The notes beneath the pieces were generated by a model that saw nothing but the letters and a program-made list of their open reading frames with translations, was not told the DNA's origin and made no database searches. Positions 52,001 through 64,000 of a DNA stretch of 64,000 bases are shown here, one piece after another. A program made the translations under genes and the position numbers. The stretch comes from Raillietiella orientalis (Eukaryota), in assembly GCA_036172245.1 (NCBI GenBank), contig JAYWIR010000038.1:372001-436000 (forward strand), in the 5' to 3' direction. The first letter of the stretch is position 1, and each line of letters begins with the position of its first letter.

Positions 52001-55000
52001 ACCCCACCGTCCTACCCTTTTTTTTTTAAAAAAAAAAAAAAAATGAATCCTGGAGGCATACGACCTTCTTGTTCACAGGAAGTCTTCCCGAAGACTCGTT
52101 TGCCGGACCACTTCTCGTGACCCTCACTGCCAGTCCCCGGTCCTGACGCGTTCAGGCCCTGGCGGCACTTTTTCGAACCTCACGCAGAGCCGTCCCGAGC
52201 AGGGGGTTCCCCCCTCCCCTCCGGCCTCCGTCCTGCCCGGTTCTGGGACTTTCGGAGAAAGGTGAGCGGGGCAAAGCCCACCGACTCCCAGGGTCGTTGG
52301 GCAGAGCTGAGGCGGGTCGCTGGCGCGGCCGTCCGCTGCCTGCCCTTCGAGCGCCTTCCCTAGCGACGTGCAGCCGGTCGCCGCCGGGCGCTGTAGAAAA
52401 CGTCCAGCAACCGCCTAAGGGGTTGGTCGGTACTTGCTCGTCCAAGGCCTGCTACCGACCCGGCTCGCACCGAAAGCTCTTCCAAAGTCCCGGGAAGCGA
52501 ACGATGCGATCCGCTCCGTCCCGGAAATCCGTGGCCTAACGAATCTGCTGGTTGTTGGTGGAAACGGCAGAGGCCGCCGCCCAAACACACAGAAGTGGAG
52601 GAGGGACCCGCGGCCATTTTCCATTCGCCAAACACACGTTCGCCCTCGACTCGCTTGGATTTTTTCTGCAGCTCGCGCCATTTCTCGACAACAAGCTCGA
52701 AAATGGGGCTTGTTGCCGTCCAGTGGGCAGGGATGGGGAGTTGTTTGCCTGTTCCTCCTGGCGACGCTTCCGAACCTGTAAGAGCAAAAAAAGAAAGAAG
52801 AAAACGCGCGCGCGTCGGGGACTTTGCGATACGCCGCCGCGCAGCAGCAGCAGCGCGCGCTGCCGCTGCCCTGAGATACGCGTTGTTGCGTCACGCGCGG
52901 AGTTTCATGGAAACGTACGGTGTACGTCCTCCTCGCGCCATCTTTGCTCCTGCGTTTTCGCACGGAGAAACTCCCGATAAACTGAGAATTCCCTCTCTCT
53001 TTTGTGTGTGTGTGTGTGCGTTTTTCGTGGAAATTCCTGGAAATTCCCAACGAGATATTCGACCGAATGCACTTGGGGAGTCAGTCTCCTTCCTGAACGA
53101 CGGCAGCGGGGGAGGGGGCCGAAGGGGGATGGGGAAAAAAAAAAAGGGGGAGGGGGGGGCCTCGGGTTTGTATCTGCCGCATCGAGCGGATTCACTGCGC
53201 GCGCCACACGGGCGCAGATCCCCTCGGCGTTCTTCGCTTGCCAGAAGGCAACCCCTACGTCTCTCGGGGAGTTTCGCGTGGAGGGAAACAGGGGTGCCGC
53301 CCCGTGAAGATGGCGTGGGGGTGAACGCGTTCGCCGGGATGCTGGTTCTCCCCTCTCTCGGATGCTTCCACACCCAATGGAAAAACTGATTCTATATATA
53401 GAATCTCCAAACTCTCGCTTCTAAGAGGATGCCCATCCCTCCTTCCCTCCCTCTCCCGCTCGCTTCCCCGTCCGCATCGAAGGTGCTCCCGTTCACCGGG
53501 ACGGTGGGACCGAAAGGGGAAAAAGTAACAAAAAAAAAAAAAAGAAATGAAAAAGGCGCGCGCGCAGCTCCTCGCCGCACACACCGACACTTCGGGAGGG
53601 TCCGTCCATCACCGCCTCGCGCGCGCCGCCACGCGTGCGTGCGCCGACTTATTGGCAGCGAAGCAGCCCGTGGATCACGTGACCGCGTGCTCGCACAAAG
53701 CAAAATTTGGAATTCGATGGAGTTCCGATCGCCATTTGCAACACGGAAGGGGGGGGGGGGTAAGGGGCAGAATCTTCTATCCTTTTTGTTCTATTTTTTT
53801 GTTTTTTGGGAACTGTGTGTTACATTGCGTTGGGATCCCCGCACGCAATTTCAGACCGCCGTACGGATTCTGTACACGTTTTCTGGTTTGGTACTCCTTG
53901 AGCGGCGTGCGGCTCGCAATGAGATGGCAGCGAACGGCTTGGCTACGCCTGGAAGAATTTGCTCGTTCAGCTCCAGAAAAATCAGACTCCTGCGTGTAAA
54001 AATTATGACAGTTTCCCTCCTCCTCTACCCCCTTTCACTGTGTTCGTGTTCCGACTATTTTCCAAAGGTCATTTCTTGTTTTTGTTAAAAAAAGAAAAGG
54101 TAGAGCGTCAAAAAGAAAAACAAGCTTCGTCTTCGCGTTACCTTTCTTTCTCTCGGGATGCTCAGATCACGGCTGCCCACGGAGCTGCATGGATGCGAAT
54201 GTCTCCGGAATTCGAATGGACTGACTGGATTAAGGGCTGATGCTTAGTTGCTAGCTTCCCCCGGTTTTTGTTTTTTTTGTTTTTTTTTTGGGGGGGGGGG
54301 GGGGACAAAACTCCTGTTTCCCATTTACTGCCGCAATCTGAAGCAGCGGGGATGCTGTGGAAGTTTCCGGAAACACGGAAAAACCACCGCGTGCTCGAAT
54401 TCCAGGCCACCCTTTCGCTGCCCGGACGCCTCCCGATGGAGCGGATGGCAAGCGTGAAGACGAGAAGGCGCCTCTTCAGCAGCCCTGCAGAAGAGACGAC
54501 CTCGGACCTGCAGGACCCCCGTGCGGGAGTGCCTTCCCGAAGAAGACTCCCGCGCGTGGGTCCTTTGCTTTCAATCCAGGGTTTCACGATTTGCCTGCTG
54601 GCGGCAACCAAGGATGGAAGGCCATCACCATCCACTCAGTGACGTGGGTGCACGCCGTCCATGAAATTTCTGGTGGCATCCACTGCCCAGGTGGTAGTCG
54701 GGGTGGTAACAATGCACTTCTAAATAGAAAGACTTCCATGTCTTTCCCCTTTATTTTTAGCTGCTCCACGTCGCTTATGGTAAGACATTTTGTGTTATTT
54801 TTATTACGGCTGTTTTTAGAATTATTGTTCGAAAGGAAATTCAAAGATGGGAGGCCCTCTCCCAAATGGAAAGTCGCACTCCCACTGCGCGCGTTCCCAT
54901 TCACAGAGAACATTCTATACGCCCACCCCAAAGGAGGGAGGTTGATGGTTCGCCCTCTATCCCCTCTTGCGTGCCCCCGCATGCGGGACGTGCACGTCGA

Positions 55001-57205
55001 GCAATAGGGACGCCACACCTTCCGTCCCTGCCTCCCCCACGCCGCCTCGGAGAGTTTCCCTTAGCTATCCAGACCGGGACGGTGGCAAATGTGCATCGGC
55101 TGGGACACGCACAAATCCTTCAAACGCCTTGCGGGTGAAGAAATGCAGAATCTACCTATCCATATATATATATATTTCCAAACTGTTTATTTTTTGATAT
55201 ATATACACAGCAACCTGACAATTTCTTAAAATGGGTCGCATTTGGCAGCAGCGGTTCTGCGGAATGTAATCTCCATTTTTATTTTAGAGTTTAGCAGCGG
55301 ACTGGAGTGGCTGGAGCCTCGGGAGGTGTCCGCTGCCGGGAAACGGATGATGGAAAACATCTCAGAACAGACGATTCGATTTCAGGATAACAGCAGCAAA
55401 ATGCTCGCGGTCGAGGGAGATGCAGTCCTTAACAGCGAGGAAGCCTCGGGAAAAGCAGCTAGGGTTGCGTCACAGGAAGATTTGGATGGAGCTAAAGGTA
55501 TACCGACAACTTGCGTGCATCGCAAGGAGTTTGAAGAACTGGCGCGGCGTTGGCGATGTTGGAACACCGGATTTGGCGAAACGAAATCAAAGTGAATTTT
55601 CTTTTTTCTCTCTCTCCCTCTGTTCAAGCATCTTTGTTTCAAAGACCAACATGAATTCAGGCAGGCAGCGAACTGGGAGATTCGTGTCTGGAAAGATCGG
55701 GATAAGGAAGGCCACGCAGGCGCGCGGCAGGGAACGGAGATCCTCCTCTCCCATCTCCCCGAAGGCGCCTGCGAAGATGCCGCCTCCGGAAACGGAACCT
55801 CCCAGCCCCGTGCCACAGACGATCCTTCCCGTCAGAAGAAGCCTCCTCGTCTCCCGTGAATGGACACGCTGGGATGACACACGCCACGCACGCACGGATC
55901 TCCTTGCTCGCGCGAGCCTGCAACTGCGTAACCTGGCAGCACGAAAGCCTCACGAGCCGCGTTCCCTTCTCCCCCCTCCTCCCATCCCAGCCGATAGGTG
56001 AACGGTGGGAACGAGCGCTTATCGACGCTCTTGAGCATCTGTCCACGGACAGTCCGAGGAACACGGAGCCAGATGCATTCCGCTACCTGCCGCCGTGTGT
56101 GCATGCACAAAAGAAATGTGTGTGTGTGTGTGTGTGTTGTGTGTATCCATGCTCACACATGTTCCAGACAGCTACGACGTGAATGTTCTGAACGCAGAAA
56201 CATCATCTGTGCACCCTATCAATATGCACGTGAGCTTACGGGTAGAAAGGAGCCACACAGGCGAGCCAGGGAATGGGAGCTGACCCGAGATGTGACCGCA
56301 ACTCATCCCTTCGAAAATACAAAAATGGCCTCGAAAAATCCGAGTCTTCCTTTTCGCACATCCTGCTCGACCGTGGCCACGAGAGCAGAGCCCGGCAAAG
56401 GATCCTTTCGAGAGGGAATCTGTGTAGGGGTCCACCCCCCCTCCAAATGAAACTGAGGTGGGGCGGAGCGCCCTGCATCTTGGGGTCGTTTCCTCGCACG
56501 GGCTCTTCCACCGGAGCGAGAACGCAGGTTCTCGAGACCGGCAGGAAACTGTGGTTTTTTGTCTGACAACCAGTAGATGTCAGGAACACCCCGAACCTGT
56601 CTGAGAAGCACATTTTGCAGATTGGCGTTCTTTTCTTTTTTTTTTTCCCTGCCGCGCGCGTTATCGCTACTGCAGGAGGCGACCGCCGCCATTCTGCGTG
56701 GAAACGGATTCCGGCGGAGGACCGCGAAGGAGTGCACGCTGATTCATGGTACTCAAGAAAAACGTGTACGAAAAGCAACACACTCTCTCTCCCGAGACAC
56801 CGAGTGGGGGGGGGAAAGGGGGGGGGGTAAATGGTGATGGACACATCTTTCCATCTGGACGTGTTTTGGTCGCCGGGAGTAACGTGCGAGCTGGGCGTGA
56901 TTCTCTAGCAGTGCACTCTTTTGATTCTTACCGATGGTTGTAAAAGCATATTAAGCAACAACGGCAGCTCACATGACAGCAGTCGCCTTCCTGTCCGATG
57001 CAGTATAATACATACATACGTCGCACATTTTTTGTGGACACCCACAGTATGGATTCAGTTGCATCAGTGTACGGAAGTTTTTGTAAATAGGTTTTGCAAC
57101 ATGCGTTGCAGATGTGCACGGTCTGCTGCTTTCCCGGTCTCTCTGGAATTAAAGCGATCCCTAATAAATTGTGTGCGTATGCTGGCAATTTTGCAAGCTG
57201 CAAGG

Positions 57206-57245
<40 letters not shown>

Positions 57246-57719
57246 TGCGATTGCATCGCCTTTGTGAACTCTCCTTTCGAAATAAGTGAACGGCACACAC
57301 ACAAAATGTAGCAAAAATAGGGTCAATATGTCCTTATCTGAAACATCAAGTTAGATCTGGTAACATAATGGAAAAAAAAAAAATTCCACATCTGTTTTTG
57401 TTCTTAAGAGATGATTTTCCTTATGATTTTCATGTAAATAAGACAGAAGAGAACTTGAGTGTGTAATCTTCAGAGATAACATAAATCCAATGAACTTCCT
57501 GAGAACCCATACAAAAAAAAAATGCCGCAGCACATCGTTTCTAATTAAATTTTGCGGATTTTAACCTCAGGCAGACTCCCGTGACTAACGAGAGTGTTCT
57601 TGCTGGCTATTTTCATGTACTCGAATAAAATACTTCACGTTCGTTTGATAAATCACATAAGCAGACACCGCACAAACAGCGCAAGCTTCGAGGCATCTTC
57701 CCTCCATTGCCACTATATG

Positions 57720-60300
57720 AGTAATGACCATGCTAAAAAATCCAGAAACTGCTCTCGTATCGAAAAATCCGTCTGGTAATCCTGGCATCCAAAACAATGG
57801 CAGATTCCGCACCCACAACGGGCGCAGGGGACAAAAACGTACACGAGCAAGCTGGAGGAACTCTCGTGAACCACAGACCAGCACATCCAAAACGGAGGGA
57901 AACAAAAACAAAAAACAAATCTTCGACCTGGCGCAAACGTTGCAGGGTCTTTCGGAGAATCTCGCAAAATCAGCTCAACGACATGACAGTCGCATGCCGG
58001 TGGTTTCTAATGATCTTTCAAAAAAAGATGGCGACTTCAACAGCTCATGCAGAACCATTCCCTGGAAACTCACCATCGGAGGAGCTTCACCACCTTTCCT
58101 TATCAGATCTTTTGAACGGGGAGAGGAATTGTTCTGGAGCTCCTACGAGGGCCAGGAAGCTCGAAGATGGCAAATGAAAACACGGCTTTACTCCTAGGGG
58201 GCAAATTCAATTGCCAACGCGATGCACTTCTTCGACGCGGGGCTGATCCGAATAAGAATCACGTGGTCACAGTCCGAGCAGCGTCGTAGTCAACAGCTGT
58301 GACCGTTCTCCTAACTCTTGAGTGAACTCCTCTCTTATGCTGTATCCTGCTCATGGCGAGGAAGGGATTTGCACTTCCCGTCGGGCTTCTCTGCTCGGGA
58401 AAGGACGACGAAGAGGAGGGGGGGAAGGAAAAATCCAAAACGTTGGCTTTCGCAAGAACTCCGTGCGTGACTCAGCAGAGAAAAATTTCCGAAAGTCTGA
58501 GGACGAAGAAAAAACATTCATTGCTTCAAGCGGCCATGCTGTCCTCAGACGCATCCCTCGGGGAGGTGATGATGGCTTCGCAAAATCTTCAAGAGTGAAA
58601 TACGAATGCGGTGGAAAGACTTCCGGGGAAAAAATCCTCGCTGTGGTGCTGAACAAAGCCGTTCCTACTTGAAGAAGAAGAAGAAAATTGAGGGTTTTCA
58701 ATCCGGTGGAAGCAAGAAAAGGAAACCTCATGGCCGAAAAGTGGCGACGAGGACTCTTCGAAAGCTCCTCGAAAGTGCAATGGACGGCCCATGTTTGAGC
58801 CACTTGCACAAAAATTAAAGGCCTCTGCGCATTTAAGAATTCGAACAGGGGACAAACAGGGGATACCATCCTGCCTGTGCAACTCTTGTCGCCATCATCC
58901 AGACTACAGTTCGGGGGTGACCTGAAGAAAGTTCCCTCTAGTGATGGTTATTTCTGAAGCCACTCAAATCTCAGACTGCTGGAGGACAAGCGATCGGCCA
59001 GAGATTACCTCGAGGAGAGGAACACTTTTCACAAAAGTGTTATCTTTAGAGCAATAAAATCACATCTTTACAATTTTCGTGAGACCGCTGCCAAAGACGG
59101 CGCTTGAAACATCCAACATGCTTGAACGGAGGAGGATGAAGAAGGATCGTCGAAAAGAGTTCGAAGAAGGTGCGTTCCGAGTGGCCTCGTGCGCCCCTAA
59201 ACAGAAGAGGGATGCAACTCATCTGCATCAGATTCCTGATTTATTTTCATTGGGGAAAGGGAGTCGGTCCACGTTCGGCGAGAGAACCCTTGCGATTTCG
59301 TCCGTGGTGGGAATCCTCCAGAAGCTAATTGGAAACGAAAATCAAAGACTGTGGATTGGTAAAGAAAACGTAAGGAAGATGCGGTGTGAAGGTCGGCTGG
59401 TCGTGAAGTTTTAATCACCCCAACGGAAGGACACGCAATCAAGTTCCAGTTTTGGACAAATTGAATCCTCTTGGCAAATTGAAGTGTGTCCCTATAAGGG
59501 TGATTTAGGAGGAGTAAGGCCAATGGGAAAACAATTTCGCGCGAACTCCTCTACCTTTAAAAACGAAATTCCAAGTTTGAATGATTTTCAACAAGCCTTT
59601 TGCTGGAAATGGATGGTAGCTACTCCAGGGAAAGTGGGACGATCCTGTAGACTTTGAATCTTGGTAATGTGTTTTAGAAAGGGGGGGGGGGGGGGGAGAG
59701 AAAAAAAAAAAAAAGTCCATGAACGCCATCGTTAACACAAAGGTGTTTTTGGAGAATAGCACGTTTTGGGGAAAAAGTCGAAAAGCATTTGGAGAACACG
59801 TGGATAGGGCGAAAAGAAACGGAGTTTCGGACTGGAGTTACGTGTTAGGAATGACAAGATGGCCATTCATCATGGACGTCTTGCAGAAGAGTCGAGGAGG
59901 AAGCAGTTTCCCGAGGAAAATAAATATGCAGTTCCCTCAATATTGTGGTCCTGAGTGCGATGGCAGTACCTTCTGCATTTCGATTCGTTTCCGAAGCATC
60001 CCTCAACTGCTGCCTCGGAAACCTCACTTGCGTCACCGAGCAAATGTATCAAAGTCAACAGGCACCGTACAATCTGCAGCAACCTGCAAGGCAGAAACGA
60101 AAACTGATGAAGAATCGTGAAGTTTTCGCAGGATGGAAAGCACCCACGTCATGGCACCGGTTTCCATAGCACCCCTTTTGTAAAGGGAGGGAAAAACAAA
60201 AAGGCAACTTCTCCCGGATGTTTCGCATCCTTCCGTAGCCATGTCAACCTTCCTTAACGACGAACCGTGTCGAGTTTCCTGTACTTCCTGTGCGGGTTCC
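57720..60300 (+). mobile_element. Degenerate L1-like LINE ORF2 relic
   Basis: GDFN at 58030, VNSSL at ~58325, GDKQGDTILP (QG motif) at ~58850, RLWIGK..EGRL (post-RT) at ~59350-59400. Confidence 0.6.
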
Positions 60301-62299
60301 ATACAAGCGAACGCACGGATCTGGGGGACTATATTTAATTTATAATGACCCCAGAGAACTTTTCCAAGATTTTTCCAAGGTCGCACCACAGTCTGCTGCT
60401 GCGGTTCATTTCCCGCCGAATCTGCACATCCCACACGCCTTTCGCAGGCACTTTAGAGGAAGTGACCGAAGCGCACGGTTTCCCCGGCTTCCGGAAGAAG
60501 GCCGGGAGTCCGTCGCTCCCCTTCCGCAGGCTCCGAGGGGAGCGGCGTCCAAGGACCACGCGAGCCGCCGCTCCGCATGCTGCAGAGGGCGCGCGCGCGC
60601 GGGAGAGAGAGAGAGGGAGAGAGTTGAAACCCCGCCTGGGGAGCATCGCACGATGCTGCGTCTCTCCGTCCGCAGCCCCACGTCTTCACGCGGCCATCCT
60701 TCACCCCGGCAGGGCCGCTCTGCGCCAATCGCGTCGTGCCACGCGCGCGACGTGTCGCGTGGTTCCTGGCCGGGAAAGAAGAAGAAGAAAAAAAAAAACC
60801 ACTCGCCGCCGCCATGGGGTGGTGGTTTCTTACCCCTCCTTCTGCTGGAGACCCGGACCTTGAGGTGCAAGAGGGTCCGCGCTCCGCTCCCCCACTTCGC
60901 GTGTTCCTATGCCTCCCTCCCCCCTCCCCCGCCCTCTCTCGCGCGCGCGCCTATTCGGGACGCGGCGGGGAAACATCGTCTCGTGCAGCCAGCCCTCCTC
61001 CTCCACGCTCGCTCCCTTTTCCCTCCTCTTGCGTTCGCATTTTGCAGATGAGGAGGCTGCTGCTCGGGCGCAAAAAATGTTTCGCGAACCTGCCCGCTTG
61101 CTGGTGGTGGTGGACTTCTGCCGGCAGAAAGGATTTCGGGCGCCCGACCTCGAGAACAAAATGGACCGTTTTCTTAAGAGATCGAAGCAGTCGGTCGGCA
61201 CTTGGCGCGCAGCCTCCTCGCTGCAGCCAAGTCGCTACAGGGCTGCTCGTTTGAATCCGGCCCTGGCGGCCGTGCGGCGTCGCCAACAGCCCAAGAGGGG
61301 GGGGGGGGGGAGAGAGAGCTCGCCGTGCATGCTGCTGGCTGGCTGGCTGGCTGGCTTGTGCAGGGGGGGGGGGGGGGACCCCGGTTTTTCCAAGGAACGC
61401 GGGCAGTTGGAAACGGAGGGAGCAGGAGGTTCCGTGCTTTGGACAGGGCTCGACGAAAGCACCGCTTTCGTAGGAATGCCACCTGAAACGTGAAAAAAGG
61501 AGAAGAAAAAGCATTCCTGCAAACGTGATCGTGCAAGGGGAGTGGAAGCGCCCTCAAAAATCCTCAAAATGCAGAGAAGTGAATCCGCGGGATTCCACGC
61601 GGCCGTTAGAACAGAGCGACGAGCGAGGGAGATCGCGTCCGACTTCCGGTGTTGGTGAAGGTTTGCATGATTGCATGCTTAAGCATTTCCAACGGGTTGT
61701 TTCTGGGGCTTTCTAGCAAACAAACAAAAAACAACTGTTGGGTGCCGAGACGCCGTTCCTATTCTGCAAGCATCAAGATGACTGCACTGCAGTAGCGGCA
61801 CGTTGCTCGCTTGCATCCTCACAGACCTTTTTCTCAATGCGTTCTTCCCCTTTCCCTTCTTTTTTTCCTTTTTTTAACGTTCAGCAGCCGAATGACCCTT
61901 GGTCAGATGAACGTGCGAGTGCCAATGTTCCACTGCTGCACGCGGTGGTCTCTTTCCCACTTTCGAATACCCGGCTGTCTCCTTGTCGGATTTTTACCGA
62001 CTTTGTTTTGTTGTACAAACCTTGTTTTGTACATTTCTTCCTCGGGTACGCTTCGAAGATTACTTGGTGCGAACAGTCAAAGATGGAATCTGGTCTTTGG
62101 GATCCTTCTTACCTTTCTTTTTTTGAAAAAAAAAAATAAATATATTTTATTATTGCTTTTCCTTTCTGCTTTCCTCTTTTGCTGCTTTTAATTATGGAGT
62201 GCTCTTTTCTCGCACAAAACCTGGAATCTAAAATTCATTAACACAGTTTAAATGATAGATCAATCCTTTCGCCCCATCAGTTTTATGGGGGGGGGGGAG

Positions 62300-63100
62300 G
62301 GGGAAGAGACCTCAGCGCGGCAGTTTTCGCCGTCTCCTGTAACATCGAATAATCTAGAAATGACTCGAAATGTTCCAGAATGTTCCCCGTTTGCTACTTG
62401 CAATTTCCCCTCAATACAGTCACGTGTTTCTGTTTCCTTGCTTTGGTAACGTACTGCGATGTACGGGGAGCTCCTTTTCCTCTTAGGAAAAGAAGCATAT
62501 GTGTACATAGCTCTCCAGCAGATGCAGAGAGATCTTGCATTTTGCTCTTGTCGAACACGGGTCGCTCGAAAAAATGGGTTCATCAGCTTAGCCGTCGATG
62601 GTTGCGAAGCTCCAGAGTGAAACTGCTTCTTCGGGGTCTCAACAAAATCGAACCTTCTGGATTGGCCGCATCGGTCCCAGTCATAGAAAATCACGTGGAT
62701 TAAACGTGGACCACAGGCCCTTTACTCTCTCCGCCATGTTTTCATGGGAATATGCAAATGCACGGAATGTTTTACGACCACGAAACCCTCAGGCAAAAAC
62801 GCTTCAAACGAGTAATCCCCCCCCCCCCCCCCAAAAAAAAAAAAAAACCATTCGTTTTCAAGCTGTTGACCAAATGTCCACACCGTGCAGGGATGCCTCG
62901 AGATCGGAAACATCCCGGAATCCTTTCTGGAAGATTGAAAAGCAGGATGAAGCAGCTGGAAGGTGAAGCGAGCAGGCAAACAAACAGCAGTGCTGTAAGA
63001 TTCCAACGACATGCCTCGACACCACTTTTAACTATCCTTCAAGAATCATCAGCACTTAGAGGTTTGTTGACCGAAATCATTATTAAGAAAGAAAGGAAGG
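62300..63100 (+). mobile_element. Probable non-LTR RT relic
   Basis: ILLLSNTGRSKKWVHQLSRR (ISLLNTD.K-like, ~62540), FWIGR (QxGFxxGR-like), FQAVDQ (AFD-like). Confidence 0.35.
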
Positions 63101-64000
63101 AAGAATCCTAAGGGTAGGACGATCCTACACGATTCAAACCATTCATTTGACTTGGATGAACCTCGAGAGGGATCCAAGACGAGCTGGTTGCCATGGAGAT
63201 GCGACGCGGAACGCCGGCTGCGCTCTCTCGGTATCTAACAGTCGTTTTGCTTTGCGCACCGTGTGGAAATTTTTGCGTTCTGGAAATTCGTGGAAATTCG
63301 TCCAATCGACTGAGAATCGACGAACTGTAAATGTCGTTGGCATTTACAGTACGTTCTCGTATCGCGCCATTTTTTCCCCCCCATTCAAATGCTTTACGTT
63401 TACACGATGGTACGCGTAGAGCAGCCATCTGGAAGCAGAGAGCACTGCAAGCTGAATTAATTTCGAAACTGTACATTCATAACAGTACAATGAAACAAAC
63501 AGAAAGAAAAACATCAGTAGCAGTGAATGAATCGATGCTCGTAATCCTCATCTGCTTCGCCTTGTTTACATCCTCGGAGCATTGGGGCCCCGTTCGAACG
63601 CAAACAGGTAGTGACCGGGCAGCTCTTGCACGCGCAAGGGGCAGCACTGCTAGGAAGACCCCCACGTGGACGGGCCGGAAAGGGCTCACTCACCCGCGGG
63701 GGGGGGGGTGGCAGAATCAGACCCAGCGAGGATGCGAAAACTGGAAATTCCTCGACAGGATGGCGAGCACTCTCGGAAAACTCCGTGCCTCTCCACAAAG
63801 ACGCCGGATGCGTCGCAGCATCCCCAAGTTCGGAAAGATCATCCCCGCACAGGTCACCCGAAATTCGCGCGGAAATCCTCGCCCACTTCGCCCCAAAGAG
63901 ACATGCCGAAGGAGTTCGACCTGGGCGCATGCAAATCCAAGCACCTTCAAGCACTCACAAAAGGAAAACACCAACCTTAACACTTTTCCTGAAAGATTTT

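Noticed and set aside
55242..55595. 117-aa ORF with a plausible acceptor near 55289
   Set aside because: No recognisable family, and no neighbouring exons could be joined.

Overview
Eukaryotic (invertebrate animal) nuclear DNA, not prokaryotic; the exact taxon cannot be fixed from this window. About 1-26 kb is a GC-rich graveyard of nested, frameshifted L1/Tx1-like non-LTR retrotransposon fragments on both strands, several sharing a conserved structured 3' tail. About 27-48 kb is AT-rich and holds four intact multi-exon genes with mostly 40-60 nt introns: a DHHC palmitoyltransferase (-), a compact Aurora kinase (-), proteasome alpha subunit PSMA1 (+, ATG-only first exon) and a 105-aa very acidic prothymosin-like protein (-) missed by the ORF track. 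This part also contains more LINE relics and a mitochondrial atp6 insertion (NUMT) bracketed by a 52-bp direct repeat. About 48-64 kb is again decayed LINE-derived, homopolymer-rich sequence. Most long entries in the ORF track are shadow ORFs of GC-rich repeats. I found no CRISPR array, rRNA or convincing tRNA, and nothing I can honestly call a new biological system. The best leads are the NUMT, the 167-bp LINE-tail insertion with its 16-bp target-site duplication (TSD), and the covarying LINE 3' structure. All family calls come from motif recognition by eye, not database searches.
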